Virus record (IMG/VR): IMGVR_UViG_3300029305_009617
Direction: 5' to 3' (one strand)
Origin: an uncultured virus (IMG/VR IMGVR_UViG_3300029305_009617)
Lineage: Duplodnaviria; Heunggongvirae; Uroviricota; Caudoviricetes
Length of the DNA stretch: 64,000 nucleotides
In this document: piece after piece, positions 62,272-64,000 of the stretch
Layout of the letters: each line of letters begins with the position of its first letter
Numbering within the stretch: the first letter of the stretch is position 1
Notes under the pieces: generated by a model
Told to the model about the DNA's origin: nothing
Seen by the model: the letters and a program-made list of their open reading frames with translations, nothing else
Databases searched by the model: none
Position numbers and translations under genes: made by a program

Positions 62272-63398
62272 CAGTTATAAATCAATTGAATTACTGGCTG
62301 GATATCATAATGCTTTCGACTGTTATTGCAATTGTTGTATTTGGCGGTATTGGTTTTTATCTTATAAAAATTAAAAAAATAACTGCAAAAGAAGAGCGGA
62401 TTAATTATGAAGTATTTCATAGAAAAGATGCCAGTGAATTTGTGAAATTTGATAATATTTTTAACTGTTCTATGTCACGCGATAGTAGCACTTACGGTGT
62501 TATGGTGATTGACGATTATACTTTTTTGGCAGCGCTTGATGTTAAAGGTTATAATTTCGCAACTGCTTCGGCAGAAGACAGGCGTAATACGATAATAAAT
62601 GCGGTGTCTATATTCAATATAGTAGAAAGACCGGTGCAGATGCGCCAGAGTGCAATTGCAATTGATATTGGTCATAATATACAAATGCATAAAGACATAT
62701 TGAAAGAACTCACATATAAACAGATGGACTTAGAACAAGAATATGAAGAAACAGGGCTTTTGATAGAACAGGAAGGGGATAATCCGGAAGTAAAAGATTT
62801 TTTGGAAGCAAAAATTAAATCTTTACAGAAAGAGATCGTATCCACACGTTGGAAGAAAAAGGAAGTGAAAGAACTGATTAAGTACATGGAGTCTTTGTCA
62901 TCGAAAGGGAATGCCAAGAAAGTAAATCAGTTTATTTTTACATATACCTACAATCCTTCGGAATATGTAGAAGAATTGTCTGTTGAGGAAATTTATACAA
63001 AAGCTAGTCAGGAAATTGCAATTATGGCAAATAATTATGCATCTGCATTTGGAAGTTGTGGATGTAACTGCAGACTGCTTACCGGCATGGAACTTCTTGA
63101 CCTGGTACGGCACCATTTTCATCCGGCTACGGCAGATGAAGTGAAAATAGAAGCTTTATATAATTCATCATTATCTGCACTGTTTGTAACGAGTGATTCT
63201 TTACTGAAGGCAGAACGGGAGCGAATGTCAGAAGCACAGTACCGGAAAAAACAGCAACAGTTGAATGAAGAATTTTTGATGCGTACTAAAAAAGCACAAT
63301 TGGATATGGAAACATTAAAAAAGGAATTGCTCAGCGAAGTGGAAGAAAAGGTAATAGAAGAGCTAGAACAGGAAGGCGGTGGATATACATATGAATAA
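62268..63398 (+). CDS. Conjugation-associated protein (N-terminal TM, coiled coil)
   Basis: Translationally coupled between the PrgI-like and VirB4-like genes. Confidence 0.55.
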   Translation: MTVINQLNYWLDIIMLSTVIAIVVFGGIGFYLIKIKKITAKEERINYEVFHRKDASEFVKFDNIFNCSMSRDSSTYGVMVIDDYTFLAALDVKGYNFATASAEDRRNTIINAVSIFNIVERPVQMRQSAIAIDIGHNIQMHKDILKELTYKQMDLEQEYEETGLLIEQEGDNPEVKDFLEAKIKSLQKEIVSTRWKKKEVKELIKYMESLSSKGNAKKVNQFIFTYTYNPSEYVEELSVEEIYTKASQEIAIMANNYASAFGSCGCNCRLLTGMELLDLVRHHFHPATADEVKIEALYNSSLSALFVTSDSLLKAERERMSEAQYRKKQQQLNEEFLMRTKKAQLDMETLKKELLSEVEEKVIEELEQEGGGYTYE

Positions 63399-64000
63399 AG
63401 TACAATCAACGGAGTATTTATTAGAGCTTTCAACGTTTGCACCTTTGTTTTCATTACTTGCCATTTTGTTCGGAATCGCTGTAGTAGCCTTTTTAGGACA
63501 GATGATATATGAGCGGTTGCAGACAGTTCATGCTAATTCAAAGAAGCAAAGAGAAATTACGAAAAACAGTTTAAAGAGTGCTGATTTTTCTAAAGTTAAA
63601 GATGATAAAAAAGGCGAGCTGCTTAGAAAGATAGCAGAGCCAGACGGTGTTAACCCAGGGCCGGATAAATATTTGACACTTGATGATGGTGGCAAGGAAA
63701 TTTTTGTCCGTTGTTTTACAATCGCTGCGATGCCTAAAAATACGGATTTTGCAAATACATTTGCGGGATTGTTTGATTTTCCTGGTTGTATTTCTTCCGT
63801 GTTTGTAGAACCTCTTTCTGAAGGCAGCGTAATAGCAAAGATGGATAGACAGGTAACGGTACTTGCCAGTGAATATTCATCGGCCCAGGGTGATCCTAAC
63901 AGAACGCGTAAGATTGATTCGCAGTATAAGGAAGTCTATACAATGGCTGACCAGGTGGAAAGCGGAGATACAAAGATGTTTAATGTCGGTTTTGGGTTTG
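63391..64000 (+). CDS. N-terminal part of a VirB4-like ATPase (runs off the window)
   Basis: Open frame from ATG 63391 to the window end (IAEPDGVNP..FVRCFTI..SVFVEP..QVESGDTKMFNVG); position after PrgI. ATPase motifs not visible. Confidence 0.55.
   Translation, partial: MNKVQSTEYLLELSTFAPLFSLLAILFGIAVVAFLGQMIYERLQTVHANSKKQREITKNSLKSADFSKVKDDKKGELLRKIAEPDGVNPGPDKYLTLDDGGKEIFVRCFTIAAMPKNTDFANTFAGLFDFPGCISSVFVEPLSEGSVIAKMDRQVTVLASEYSSAQGDPNRTRKIDSQYKEVYTMADQVESGDTKMFNVGFGF

Overview
Low-GC segment of a large conjugative plasmid or secondary replicon from a Firmicute; a Lachnospiraceae/Clostridia-like host is inferred from gene content and AGGAGG ribosome-binding sites. Gene orientation flips at a replication/partition hub (14-25 kb) carrying ParM/ParR-like genes, a TubY/RacA-like protein, a Rep-like gene, 42-bp iterons and a TOPRIM primase-like gene. 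Left arm (minus strand): a VirD4 coupling-protein operon, a degenerate tyrosine recombinase, an array of tiny genes, and a minimal type I-C CRISPR-Cas locus (cas5-cas8c/cas11-YopX-cas7 plus 10 spacers; no cas3, cas1, cas2 or cas4 in the window). Right arm (plus strand): a CpaF-like ATPase, ClpB, an MCP, many small cargo genes, a DNA methyltransferase, an SNF2-like helicase, a beta-clamp homologue, an HD-GYP protein, three PAPS-reductase-family genes, and the start of the mating-pair operon (pilin-like, PrgI, VirB4). Top observation: one conserved 31-bp promoter motif precedes all three conjugation-related operons, and two spacers of the Cas3-less array resemble it. This suggests RNA-guided repression of conjugation promoters. 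Also notable: an 11-bp palindromic site at consecutive small-gene junctions (cassette-like), a duplicated structured leader with a terminator, and a helically phased binding-site array. All protein calls come from motif recognition by eye; no database searches were run.
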